Counted from the first letter of the stretch, positions 45,936-54,942 are shown. The stretch: 64,000 nucleotides of DNA from Patescibacteria group bacterium (GCA_035291665.1 DATDRP010000001.1:146952-210951), one strand, 5' to 3'. Notes: generated from the sequence alone by a model not told the origin. Program-made: numbers and translations.

Positions 45936-46056
45936 TATTCGGGTAATTTATGGGTAGAGTGAAAGAGTAAAAGAACAGGAGAGTATAAGAGTGTAAGTAT
46001 TTTTTAAACTTAAGCTTTTCTACTCTTACACTCTTCTACTCTTATATTTTAGGTTT
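45936..46056 (+). promoter_or_regulatory. R2: promoter/operator element homologous to R1, upstream of dinB
   Basis: ATTCGGGTAATTTATGGGTAGAGTGAAAGAGTAAAAG...AGAGTATAAGAGTGTAAG, spacer with ACTTAAG, inverted copies TTTTCTACTCTTACACTCTTCTACTCTTATATTTTAGG ending 8 nt before the ATG. Confidence 0.55.
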
Positions 46057-47349
46057 ATGTCTAGTAAATATATTCCGTCCGGACTTTCTTTTAACCCCGC
46101 AGCTCCTGCCATAATGCACATCGATCTTAATTCCTGCTTTGCGACAATTGAGCAGCAGGCAAACCCCTTCCTGCGCGGTAAACCTGTTGCAGTTGCCGCA
46201 TATACAACTCCGTCGGGCTGCATTGTTGCACCTTCGGTTGAAGCCAAGAGACTTGGTATAAAAGTCGGAATGCGCGTTAAGGACGGAAAAGCGATTTTTC
46301 CGAAACTGATTATCCTTCCGCCCGACCCCTGGAAGTACAGAGATGTGCATCTGAAATTAAGGCGTCTCTTGGAAGATTACTCCAGCGAGATTTTACCCAA
46401 ATCAATTGACGAGTTTGTGCTTGATCTTCGGGGAATGCCCGTTTTGAAAAGCGGCTCTTTCGAAAGTGCGGCAAAAGAGATAAAAAAAAGGATCAGGAAC
46501 GAAATAGGAGACTGGCTTATGGTTTCAATCGGCTTTGGCCCCAATAGGTTTTTGGCAAAGCTGGCCTCGTCATTACATAAGCCGGATGGATTGGATATCA
46601 TAAGAAGAGGCAACTTCAAGGATATCTATAAGAATCTGAGCCTCACCGATCTTTGCGGAATAAAGTTTAGAAATACCCTCAGGCTTAACAATTTCGGAGT
46701 GTTTGATGTTTGGGATTTTTATGAAAGCCCCTACTGGAAATTGAAGGCTACTTTTGCATCAATTGCCGGATATTATTGGTATTTGCGTCTCAGGGGGTGG
46801 GAAATTGATGATTTCCCCTACTCCAGGAAAAGCTATGGCAATTCATATGCACTTCCCAAACCTTTGAAAACCGTAGAAGAGCTTTCTCCGATACTTTCCA
46901 AATTAACGGAAAAGATGAGCTTCAGGCTCCGCCGTGCGGGTTATGTTGCCAGAGGAATCCACCTTGCACTGGGATTTCGCGACGGCAGATTCTGGCACAA
47001 GGGAAGCACTTTCTCCAAGGTTATTTTTGACTCGAGGGAGATTTACAAAAAAGCCGTTGGGCTTTTGACGATGTCTCCGCTTGACGGTCCCGTGCGTGAT
47101 ATTGCGGTTTCGGTATTCGATCTTAAGAAAAAAAACATTCTTCAGCTTGATCTTTTTGAAGACGTTGTTAAAAAAAGTGAATTGTCCGATGCGGTGGACC
47201 TTGTAAACGAACGTTGGGGAAATTTTGTCATTACACCAGCCAGAATGGCATTGGCCGAAAAGAACGCTGTTCCCGACCGGATCGCTTTCGGAGGTGTTAA
47301 GGAACTGGAGGAATTTACTATAGAGGACGTTGGTAAATTGGATGCCTAG
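46057..47349 (+). CDS. dinB: Y-family DNA polymerase IV
   Basis: IMHIDLNSCFATIEQQANPFLRGKPVAV (catalytic Asp region), palm/fingers/little-finger organisation. Confidence 0.9.
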   Translation: MSSKYIPSGLSFNPAAPAIMHIDLNSCFATIEQQANPFLRGKPVAVAAYTTPSGCIVAPSVEAKRLGIKVGMRVKDGKAIFPKLIILPPDPWKYRDVHLKLRRLLEDYSSEILPKSIDEFVLDLRGMPVLKSGSFESAAKEIKKRIRNEIGDWLMVSIGFGPNRFLAKLASSLHKPDGLDIIRRGNFKDIYKNLSLTDLCGIKFRNTLRLNNFGVFDVWDFYESPYWKLKATFASIAGYYWYLRLRGWEIDDFPYSRKSYGNSYALPKPLKTVEELSPILSKLTEKMSFRLRRAGYVARGIHLALGFRDGRFWHKGSTFSKVIFDSREIYKKAVGLLTMSPLDGPVRDIAVSVFDLKKKNILQLDLFEDVVKKSELSDAVDLVNERWGNFVITPARMALAEKNAVPDRIAFGGVKELEEFTIEDVGKLDA

Positions 47350-47864
47350 AAATTAATATCAACTTCATTTCCCGGAATAAAACTATATTTATCGGAAAGA
47401 CCGGCATTAATCTCCAATACAAAATCAACAGGCGCTCCGGGTGTGTAAAGTGTCAAATTGTAATCAGGCGTGTTTTTTAAAGGGATCGGAGCATTTTTAG
47501 AAATATAAATAATTTTTAAGTCCTTTATCCATATCAAATCGAGTGGAATCAACATGTCCTTCATCCAAAAAGTTCTAATTGATGGGGGTTCTATCACAAA
47601 AAGCATTCCCCAATCTTCGCCCAAAGATGCTCGGTCTGAAAGTCCCTTGGCAAGTTTTTGGGGAGTATCCGCAATCTCAACTTTAAATTTATGATTATTA
47701 ATAACAACGGAACCTGATTTATAGTTATCCCCTTTTGCAGTTGAGTTAGATTTACTGAATGAGAAACTAAAAGGTGAGAGATTCAATTTTTTGGAAAGAT
47801 AAAAAATTAAGGCTCCAAAGAACATTAAAACAAATAAGATTAAAAAAATATTATTTTTACTCAT
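47346..47864 (-). CDS. DUF192-domain protein
   Basis: N-terminal TM; ADTPQKLAKGLSDRASLGEDWGMLFVI matches the DUF192 (COG1430) core. Confidence 0.6.
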   Translation of the reverse strand: MSKNNIFLILFVLMFFGALIFYLSKKLNLSPFSFSFSKSNSTAKGDNYKSGSVVINNHKFKVEIADTPQKLAKGLSDRASLGEDWGMLFVIEPPSIRTFWMKDMLIPLDLIWIKDLKIIYISKNAPIPLKNTPDYNLTLYTPGAPVDFVLEINAGLSDKYSFIPGNEVDINF

Positions 47865-47875
47865 GAAGATAACCC

Positions 47876-48139
47876 TTAAATAGCGGTATCAAGTTCAGCT
47901 TCAATATTTATTAATTCTTTATCGATATTTTCAACATCGGTGCTGTCGATATCTTTTTTGATTTCACTTACTTCATCCGAGTTTGATTGAGTATTTATTT
48001 TGACAGCGTCAGGATCAACTTCCGTTAGCCTATTGAGTTTTTTATAAATATTTTCTTTTATCAAAAAGAATGAAAGAATTGCAAGAACAGCAAATGCAAA
48101 AAAGAAGAATGTTTTTTTGGGATCTTTTGATATTTCCAT
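47876..48139 (-). CDS. hypothetical small membrane protein
   Basis: 87 aa; N-terminal TM FFFAFAVLAILSFFLI; acidic tail. Confidence 0.4.
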   Translation of the reverse strand: MEISKDPKKTFFFFAFAVLAILSFFLIKENIYKKLNRLTEVDPDAVKINTQSNSDEVSEIKKDIDSTDVENIDKELINIEAELDTAI

Positions 48140-48140
48140 A

Positions 48141-48767
48141 TTAAGCGCTAGTTGGTATTGGTGTTACGGTGACTCCGGGAGTCGGTGTGACATTTTTTGA
48201 TTGTCCGACCCTTAATCCTGCAACTTTACCGATAACCTTAACCAAAATTAAATGCACCTCCTTCAAGTTGTTTTTTATATCTTTAAAATTTTCTCTTACC
48301 ACCAAGAATGCCTGTTTTGGATCAGAAGATTTCAAAACCTCTTCCATCATAGTATTTGATGAATCAAGAAGTGTTTTTGTTTCTTTCAAAAGCGCTTTCG
48401 CTTTATCAAGTTCAACCTGAATCATTGCAACATCCGTAGGTTTATTAAGCTCATCAACTTTGGCCAGTCTTGATTCAATACGCGATGTCAGGGTTTCAAG
48501 TCTTTTTATCATTGCTTCAATCCTTACCGCCATTGACGCATAATATTTTCGAATTATTTTGATTCTTGTTTCTTGGAGCATGGCTGATCTTGAAGCTTTT
48601 CTTTCCTGGAAACGTTCCTCAATCATTTTGAGTTTTTGTTCACGAAGCTCTAATTTTTGCTGAATTTTGTCTTGGACAACAGTCGGCATCTTTGCGTTTG
48701 CAACTGATGAAGAACTAAACGTTAAAGCTGCAAAAAGAACCAAGATAGCCGTAATACCGTTTTTCAT
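48141..48767 (-). CDS. secreted coiled-coil protein
   Basis: Signal peptide MKNGITAILVLFAALTFSSSSVANA; extended heptad-like helices; Thr/Pro tail. Confidence 0.5.
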   Translation of the reverse strand: MKNGITAILVLFAALTFSSSSVANAKMPTVVQDKIQQKLELREQKLKMIEERFQERKASRSAMLQETRIKIIRKYYASMAVRIEAMIKRLETLTSRIESRLAKVDELNKPTDVAMIQVELDKAKALLKETKTLLDSSNTMMEEVLKSSDPKQAFLVVRENFKDIKNNLKEVHLILVKVIGKVAGLRVGQSKNVTPTPGVTVTPIPTSA

Positions 48768-49004
48768 ATAATAGATTTAATAATAAAAACTACCCAAAAG
48801 TCAAATGGATAGGATTAAAAAGAAAAAATATAATAAGAAACCAAAAGTGTCAAGAAAAACAGAATTGCAGGGAAAAAATACAATAGATATAAATTTAATT
48901 TTGAGGAATCTGTTTTTTGAATATGGATATTTTGATTCATATATTAATTATATCAGTTTTGGAAAAATATCACTTTTTGATGCGCGGTAGATGACTAAAT
49001 AAAA

Positions 49005-49220
49005 TTATTTATGTCTTTTTAAAAAGGAAAAAAAGGACTTTTTGGGAGCTAAGGAATCATGAGCCATTTGTAAAGCCAATTCTAATGCTTCACTGTCACC
49101 TTTATCGATTCTTTCAAGTAATGGGCCATAAAGTTCCGACACCATAGGACAATCAGGATTCTCAGATAATTCCTTTTGTATGGCAGAAAAAATTAAAGAT
49201 TTATCGATTTCAGGAATCAT
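49005..49220 (-). CDS. hypothetical small protein
   Basis: 71-aa ORF; no recognised motif. Confidence 0.3.
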   Translation of the reverse strand: MIPEIDKSLIFSAIQKELSENPDCPMVSELYGPLLERIDKGDSEALELALQMAHDSLAPKKSFFSFLKRHK

Positions 49221-49360
49221 ATCTTTTCGTTAATTACTTCATACAGATTGGATTTGTGCCAAATCAAACCCGGTTAAACAAGATTGACTTGGTGCCGGGA
49301 AGAGGACTTGTCATGGCAAAGCAAGATCCTGCTTTGCAGGAAACCTCCAACCAAAAGCTG

Positions 49361-49445
49361 TGCCGAGAGAGGGAGTTGAACCCACACGTCTTATAAAGAC
49401 ACAGGATCCTAAATCCTGCGCGTCTGCCAATTCCGCCATCCCGGC
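49361..49445 (-). tRNA. tRNA-Leu (anticodon TAG), type II
   Basis: Reverse complement folds: acceptor GCCGGGA/TCTCGGC, anticodon stem-loop CAGGA-TTTAGGA-TCCTG, long variable arm, T-loop TTCAACT. Confidence 0.8.
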
Positions 49446-49611
49446 TTATACAACTTCACTATTATATCAATACTAAAGTTTTTCCCAAAAAAAAGAGGCG
49501 CACCTTGGGGTACACCTCATAAAAAAATCCTAACGCCCATCTAATCTATAGGATTAGTAAGCCTCAGAATCTAGAGATACTATAACATAAGACTATAAGT
49601 ATGTCAATATA

Positions 49612-50364
49612 TTACTTCTTGCTTGCTAATATGAATAATGAAGGACCAAATCTTGTTTTAGAAAACATCCTTTGTAGATATTTTTCAAGATACAATAAAA
49701 TCTCAACGGGAAGTAGTTTTTTAAGAATTACGCTTCGTATATTGGACACGGATTTGATGTCAATTATGCGGAAACCGTTATTTTCCAAATGATTAAGGAC
49801 ATCATCCGGATGATAATTAAAAAAATCTATACAACCTGTATTAATAGATTTTTTACTCCGAATGTCTTTTGGAAATATATCAAGTAAAAAAGTCAAATTC
49901 CCATGACGCAATTCATTAAGAGCAGATTTAAAATGAAGTTTATTGGGAAATTCGAGAATCAGATGTCCATTATTTTTTAAAAGCCTGTTGATGATCCTGA
50001 ACGCATTGTCGAGATTTTTGACGTGATGCAACACTCGGATAAATAGAACCAGATCAACACTTGATGGCTTTATTTTTGTTTCTAAATTTTCTATTTTTGA
50101 ATGGATAAATTTAATTTTTTTGTTTTTGTATTTTTCTTTTGCTATGGAGAGTAATTTTGAAGAAGGGTCCGTGAGGTAAATTCGTTTGGCTCGGTGGATG
50201 TATGTGGGAATCAAACGCCCATACCCCGCGCCGATATCGGCAATGGTTCCGATAATTTTTAGTCTTTTGAAAAAATTTTCAAGTACAAAAACTTCTGACT
50301 TGTGTTCGTAGATTCTGGACTCCCAATATGATGGATAATCGAAATTATCGTAATGAGCAGACAT
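49612..50364 (-). CDS. class I SAM-dependent methyltransferase
   Basis: IADIGAGYGRLIPTY...RIYLTDPS; DLVLFIRVLHHV. Confidence 0.8.
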   Translation of the reverse strand: MSAHYDNFDYPSYWESRIYEHKSEVFVLENFFKRLKIIGTIADIGAGYGRLIPTYIHRAKRIYLTDPSSKLLSIAKEKYKNKKIKFIHSKIENLETKIKPSSVDLVLFIRVLHHVKNLDNAFRIINRLLKNNGHLILEFPNKLHFKSALNELRHGNLTFLLDIFPKDIRSKKSINTGCIDFFNYHPDDVLNHLENNGFRIIDIKSVSNIRSVILKKLLPVEILLYLEKYLQRMFSKTRFGPSLFILASKK

Positions 50365-50449
50365 ATTATGTGTATTGTAAGGATATATGATTGATGCAAA
50401 TTATGTCAAAAGTAATCATAGATAAGAAATATATTTGTGGCTGGAATTG

Positions 50450-51076
50450 CTATTCCATTTCAGACATGAAGCTTGAGACGCCCTCCGCCCAGCTCCCATT
50501 TGACAGAGGCGTATATTTTGTCATTATTTCTTCGGGTGTTGTGTAGCCTTCGTCCAAGTAATCATCCCGAATCCCCTTTGTTACAGTATTTATTCCTTCT
50601 TCAAATGAGGAAAAGCCGAGTGTTCCTCGACTGTGGATTCCCCACCCCCAGCAGTTGAATGTTCCTTCCGGATAGGCTTTACAAAGATTTGATTCCTGCT
50701 GGGCAATGGCAGTAACCAGTCTGAAATCTACATCGTATTTATCTGCCGTATTTACAATATAAAAAGAATACGGTTCCAGAATTGAATCATATCTTTGAAG
50801 ATATGATTTAACTATCTCCCCTCTTGCATCCGATTCTACCGGATAGCCATTTATGGTTTGTGCTGATGGAGGAAGTGAAGAAAAAATACGAATATTTTGT
50901 GAATTATCACCCAGTACAGAAGGTTTTTTTTCACTCGAAATGTTTAAAAGGGCGTATAAAGATAAAGCAATAACTACTGGTGTTATGAGAAAAAACATTG
51001 AAGCTGTTATAAGACTATTGATATAAGATAATCCCCTGAGGTGCTTAAAATTAAATATAGGCATTTCAAATATCAT
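50450..51076 (-). CDS. membrane-anchored lytic transglycosylase-like peptidoglycan hydrolase
   Basis: N-terminal TM; LVTAIAQQESNLCKAYPEGTFNCWGWGIHS resembles the SLT-domain catalytic ES motif. Confidence 0.5.
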   Translation of the reverse strand: MIFEMPIFNFKHLRGLSYINSLITASMFFLITPVVIALSLYALLNISSEKKPSVLGDNSQNIRIFSSLPPSAQTINGYPVESDARGEIVKSYLQRYDSILEPYSFYIVNTADKYDVDFRLVTAIAQQESNLCKAYPEGTFNCWGWGIHSRGTLGFSSFEEGINTVTKGIRDDYLDEGYTTPEEIMTKYTPLSNGSWAEGVSSFMSEME

Positions 51077-51301
51077 ATCAAAAATAAATAATTATTAATA
51101 ACGATAATGAAGTGTTGGAGGTTTTCAATTGTTGATATACCGGAAGGAATCGGTGATTTGATGTAAAGAAAATCAGCTTATTACCGAAGCAATCTTCTTT
51201 ATTAAAATATTAAATTATATGTGAGCTTGGAAGGATTCGACCAAGTACAACTTGGGTTCATTCCTGAAATCGCTTCCTGAATTCAATTTTGATTTTTGAG
51301 G

Positions 51302-51373
51302 TGATCCCGGAAGGAATCGAACCTTCGACCATCTCCTTAAGAGGGAGTTGCTCTACCGCTGAGCTACGGGACC
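51302..51373 (-). tRNA. tRNA-Lys (anticodon CTT)
   Basis: Reverse complement: GGTCCCG-TA-GCTC...CTCTTAA anticodon loop...GAAGG-TTCGATT-CCTTC-CGGGATC-A. Confidence 0.75.
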
Positions 51374-51386
51374 ATACTCCTCAGTA

Positions 51387-52640
51387 TTATAATTTCCGAA
51401 ACATTAAAATGCCAATATGACCGGGATCGATCCTCGTAAAGAGCGGGTATCCGATTTCGGCATCGATATCATAGCCTTCTATCTTTACAATATACAGATT
51501 ATCCATTTCCCAAATCATCTGACCGGTATTTTTCAGAATCGAAAGTTGGTAAGTCTTATCGTCTTTTTGAATCAAGTCGGGAGTAAGCTCGGCCACCATA
51601 GTTGCAGAGTTAATTCTTTTGGGATTACCGGATTTTTTTAGCATTTTTTGAATTTCCGAGTAAAAATCATAAAAGCTTCCATCAGCCTTTTTGAATGAGA
51701 AAGTATTGAAAGGTTCACTCTGATAATTCAACATGAATGGGGTTACCGCCACTATATTTGGATCTTTTAACCATTTTTCAAATGCCTGTGTATAGTATTT
51801 TTTCAAAACATCAACAGACAAAAATTTATTTTCACCCCCCACATCGTGCGTCCAGCCTGTTTCGGTTATAAATATGGGTAAATTCTTTTTAACGCTCAAG
51901 GTTTTTATAAATTCAATTTCGTTAATATAACCCGTAATACTAACAATCCCCGTTTTATCGGGGCTTTCGGAAAAATTCGGATTTGGATATGAGTGTGAAG
52001 TCCACCCGTCGATATGGTCAAAAATATCAGGAACTTTATCGTGCATTGACTTAATAAAATTTGTTTCGCTCATATGCGTTTTGTTGTTGGGAGAAGATGC
52101 ATCTAATCCTGCTGGAAGAACAAAAAAATCATCATCTTTTCTTTTAAGTTGTATTGAAAATTCTTTTAAGAATTCAGCATAACCTTGAGGATCAATTACA
52201 CCTCCCCATTCAGCTGCATGATTCGGTTCATTACCAACCACAACATACCTATTTTGAGTGACCCAATTAAGAGAGTCCAGGAAATTTACCCAGCCATCAA
52301 TATCGTCAGTTGTCGGTTTCAACCAGCCTGAACCCTCTTGTTTCGTAGCTATTCTTATAATCGGAATAAGATGAAGTTCCCGCATCCGGTCAAAAACATT
52401 CTGCCACCTGTTTACATCCCTCTCATCTGATCTTAGTACCATAGTCACATACCCCCATTCGCCACCGGAAGAATTCACCAACTTTGCAGCATCGATTAGA
52501 TCGTTTTCATCCTGAATATGGATACCGAAAATGTTATTTTCCGTCGAATGCGGATTAGTTACAGCAAAAGTTGATTTATATGATTTAAAAAATATTAGAG
52601 CAGCTGCAATTAATATTATTAATTTGTAAAATTTTTTCAT
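51387..52640 (-). CDS. secreted glycoside hydrolase (GH5/GH53-like TIM barrel)
   Basis: Signal peptide MKKFYKLIILIAAALIFF; catalytic-like motifs VVGNEPN (acid/base) and ITETGW (nucleophile). The track's 110-codon N-extension to 52970 is antisense to the tRNA-Leu genes and was trimmed. Confidence 0.65.
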   Translation of the reverse strand: MKKFYKLIILIAAALIFFKSYKSTFAVTNPHSTENNIFGIHIQDENDLIDAAKLVNSSGGEWGYVTMVLRSDERDVNRWQNVFDRMRELHLIPIIRIATKQEGSGWLKPTTDDIDGWVNFLDSLNWVTQNRYVVVGNEPNHAAEWGGVIDPQGYAEFLKEFSIQLKRKDDDFFVLPAGLDASSPNNKTHMSETNFIKSMHDKVPDIFDHIDGWTSHSYPNPNFSESPDKTGIVSITGYINEIEFIKTLSVKKNLPIFITETGWTHDVGGENKFLSVDVLKKYYTQAFEKWLKDPNIVAVTPFMLNYQSEPFNTFSFKKADGSFYDFYSEIQKMLKKSGNPKRINSATMVAELTPDLIQKDDKTYQLSILKNTGQMIWEMDNLYIVKIEGYDIDAEIGYPLFTRIDPGHIGILMFRKL

Positions 52641-52745
52641 ATTAACCATTATACAAAATCCAAAAGATATAAGGGCGTTATGTAATAAATTCCAACTGTA
52701 TTTGGTATAATACAGGTGAAGTTTTGCCCTTGTGGCGGAATTGGC

Positions 52746-52830
52746 AGACGCGCAGCGTTCAGAACGCTGTCTCGATTTCCGAGGTAGGGGTTCAAATCCT
52801 CTCAAGGGCACTCGATAAACTCGTGCTCCT
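52746..52830 (+). tRNA. tRNA-Leu (anticodon CAG), type II
   Basis: GCCCTTG...CAGCG-TTCAGAA-CGCTG...long variable arm...TTCAAAT...CAAGGGC-A. Confidence 0.85.
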
Positions 52831-52903
52831 GTTCGGGTTTGATAGTGCGAATTAAGGTAGATATTATGCACACAAATCCTCTCAAGGGCACCGTTATTTA
52901 TAC

Positions 52904-52985
52904 GCGCGGGTGGCGAAATTGGTAGACGCGCAGTCTTGAGGAGGCTGTGGAGTAATCCTTGCAGGTTCAAGTCCTGTCCCGCGCA
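52904..52985 (+). tRNA. tRNA-Leu (anticodon GAG), type II
   Basis: GCGCGGG...CAGTC-TTGAGGA-GGCTG...TTCAAGT...CCCGCGC-A. Confidence 0.85.
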
Positions 52986-53155
52986 CTAATACAAAATGAC
53001 GAAAACTTTCGTTGTTTTGTTTTAACGGATAGGAATTGAACCGAAGGTCATGGGTGAGCGAAAGCGAATCCCTGGATACCCTTGTGGTATTCAAGTCCTG
53101 TCCCGCGCACTAAATCGGTCGCTTGGCTCAGTTGGTCAGAGCATCTCGTTTATAA

Positions 53156-53229
53156 GGATCTATAGCTCAGTTGGTCAGAGCGTTCGGTTTACATCCGAAA
53201 GGTCGTAGGTTCGAACCCTACTAGATCCA
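53156..53229 (+). tRNA. tRNA-Val (anticodon TAC)
   Basis: GGATCTA-TA-GCTC-AGTTGGTCA-GAGC-G-TTCGG-TTTACAT-CCGAA...GTAGG-TTCGAAC-CCTAC-TAGATCC-A. Confidence 0.85.
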
Positions 53230-53372
53230 CATTATTATAGAAAGTCGGGGGAAATGACACCGAGTCTGACTCGGACGAATCCCTCAGCGACTACAAATAT
53301 GATAGAATTTGAAAGAAAATAGCCGAGGTACCCAAGTTTGTTATAAATGTTAAGAATTGGAGGTGACATAAA

Positions 53373-53585
53373 ATGGCAATACCAGAAAACAAGAGCAAAA
53401 TATTAAAAGTTAAGTATATTAGTTTCAGTATACTGCCAGGTCAAGAAATTAAAAGTTTTGAAGAACTTTCAAAATCTGAGCCAGGTACAAGCGTAATAGT
53501 TGAAGGTGGCGGAGATTTGGACTACCTATCTTCAGATTTACAGAATGTTAAAAAAACAAGTGAGGATGATACATCTCAGGGTTAA
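53373..53585 (+). CDS. hypothetical small acidic protein (70 aa) inside a duplicated tRNA-Phe 5' segment
   Basis: Strong SD GGAGGTGA 7 nt upstream; MAIPENKSKILKVKYISFSILPGQEIKSFEELSKSEPGTSVIVEGGGDLDYLSSDLQNVKKTSEDDTSQG; flanked by a tRNA-Phe 5' fragment (53322-53338) and intact tRNA-Phe. Confidence 0.5.
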   Translation: MAIPENKSKILKVKYISFSILPGQEIKSFEELSKSEPGTSVIVEGGGDLDYLSSDLQNVKKTSEDDTSQG

Positions 53586-53594
53586 ATATTATAA

Positions 53595-53667
53595 GCCGAG
53601 GTAGCCAAGTTGGTCACGGCGGGCGCCTGAAGAGCGTCAGATTCGGGTTCGATTCCTGACCTCGGCA
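53595..53667 (+). tRNA. tRNA-Phe (anticodon GAA)
   Basis: GCCGAGG...GGCGC-CTGAAGA-GCGTC...TCGGG-TTCGATT-CCTGA-CCTCGGC-A. Confidence 0.8.
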
Positions 53668-53674
53668 CATTTAC

Positions 53675-53746
<72 letters not shown>

Positions 53747-53751
53747 CAAAA

Positions 53752-54819
53752 TTAATTTATTTTTGTCTCTTCACCTTCGCTAGGAGTTATCGGCAGCCTT
53801 TCTTTACCTACTGCATCACGCATTGTATTAAGCAGCAGCCTTTTCAGAATTTCACTAAATTTGACTCCATACATATCAAGAATTGTTGAAATAGCTACAG
53901 CTGCCTCTTTTGGTGCAAATGCGGGATTACAATTTGAATCGATAAAAAAATATCTCCCCGACTGATCCAACCTGACATCAAATTTTCCGTAATCGTACAT
54001 TTTATTAACATCAAATGCTTTTTTTACATACTCTTTTAATATCGGATCTTCATACTTTTGATAATAGAATGCATCGTAAGATTTACTCATCCATTGGTCC
54101 TCAAATGTAGAAAATATATATTTTTCGTTTTCTTTATTGAATATTTTTTCTGCAAGATAAACTTTTTTGTTAAGTCCTTCAAGAAGCATGCATGTGATTT
54201 CCCTTCCCACAATAAACTCCTCAACGATAACGGATTGTTTGTATGTTGATATCAAAAACTTCAGTCTTTCTCTTAAGTGCTTTTCATTTTCCGATACAGC
54301 ATCTTGTGTAATTTCTACTCCTCCGTGAATTTCATTAAGTTTTGATATCAAAGGAAAACGAAGTGTTGGATCTTTCAAATCATTTGAAGTATTAAACAAT
54401 TGGAAGTTTGGAATAGGGACTCCGTTTTGCTGAAGAAGTTTTTTTATTAAAAATTTATTTGACGTTAAAGAAAGTCCCAGTATATCCCCGCCGGTATAAG
54501 GAATATCAAGAATTTCCAAAACTCCAGGAATTGATGAAGCAAGACTTTCAATTCCTTTAACTGAATCTACAAGATTGATTACCATATTAGGTTTATCTTT
54601 GCGAAGATGAGAGGAAAGATCCGAATTGCCGGGATATAATTTGACTTCAATAAAAAGTTTCTTTAAGTAGTCTGCAACCATTCTTGCATCATCTTCCGCA
54701 TCTTTTTCAGTAATATACTGTTCTTCCGTCGGGAAATATTCTCTTTTTACATCACTAAAAACTATCCCTACCTTTTTAGGTAATTCATAAGTTGAGGACA
54801 ACCCATTTTCTTGAACCAT
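53752..54819 (-). CDS. ATP-grasp enzyme, D-Ala--D-Ala ligase family-like
   Basis: 355 aa; N-domain VGIVFSD...; central ATP-grasp region EEFIVGREITCMLLEG; C-terminal FIDSNCNPAF resembles the Ddl (E/D)xN metal-binding loop. Confidence 0.6.
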   Translation of the reverse strand: MVQENGLSSTYELPKKVGIVFSDVKREYFPTEEQYITEKDAEDDARMVADYLKKLFIEVKLYPGNSDLSSHLRKDKPNMVINLVDSVKGIESLASSIPGVLEILDIPYTGGDILGLSLTSNKFLIKKLLQQNGVPIPNFQLFNTSNDLKDPTLRFPLISKLNEIHGGVEITQDAVSENEKHLRERLKFLISTYKQSVIVEEFIVGREITCMLLEGLNKKVYLAEKIFNKENEKYIFSTFEDQWMSKSYDAFYYQKYEDPILKEYVKKAFDVNKMYDYGKFDVRLDQSGRYFFIDSNCNPAFAPKEAAVAISTILDMYGVKFSEILKRLLLNTMRDAVGKERLPITPSEGEETKIN

Positions 54820-54942
54820 TATAATTTCTTAAACATTACTAAATTATTAGATTATTTGGTAAAATACAATAGCTAGATTATAAAACAAGAAGTGTATTTT
54901 AAGTTAGTAAACAAAAAATACAATAGTTAAATCTTTTCAATT

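Noticed and set aside
44054-46045. Possible CRISPR array suggested by repeated AAGAGTGTAAG / CTTACACTCTT units
   Set aside because: The units are 8-nt tandem/inverted iterations confined to two promoter-proximal elements. There are no ~30-nt repeat/spacer units and no cas genes, so this is not CRISPR.
51221-51290. Second tRNA-like sequence upstream of tRNA-Lys (GGTCGAATCCTTCC-like T-arm motif)
   Set aside because: It cannot be folded into a full cloverleaf (no acceptor/D-arm pairing). Likely another degenerate tRNA fragment, so it is not called as a gene.
52641-52970. N-terminal 110-codon extension of ORF 51387..52970 (MNLQGLLHSLLKTARLPISPPARINNGALERICVHN...)
   Set aside because: It is the antisense translation of tRNA-Leu(CAG)/tRNA-Leu(GAG) and their duplicated fragments. 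The real gene starts at the signal peptide MKKFYK (52640).
52894-53094. Small ORFs overlapping tRNA genes (52894..53094, 53689..53889, 59612..59845, 60206..60403)
   Set aside because: Each is a frame read through a tRNA sequence (e.g. the GGIEP/GFEP peptides typical of T-arm translation). No SD, no conservation signal.
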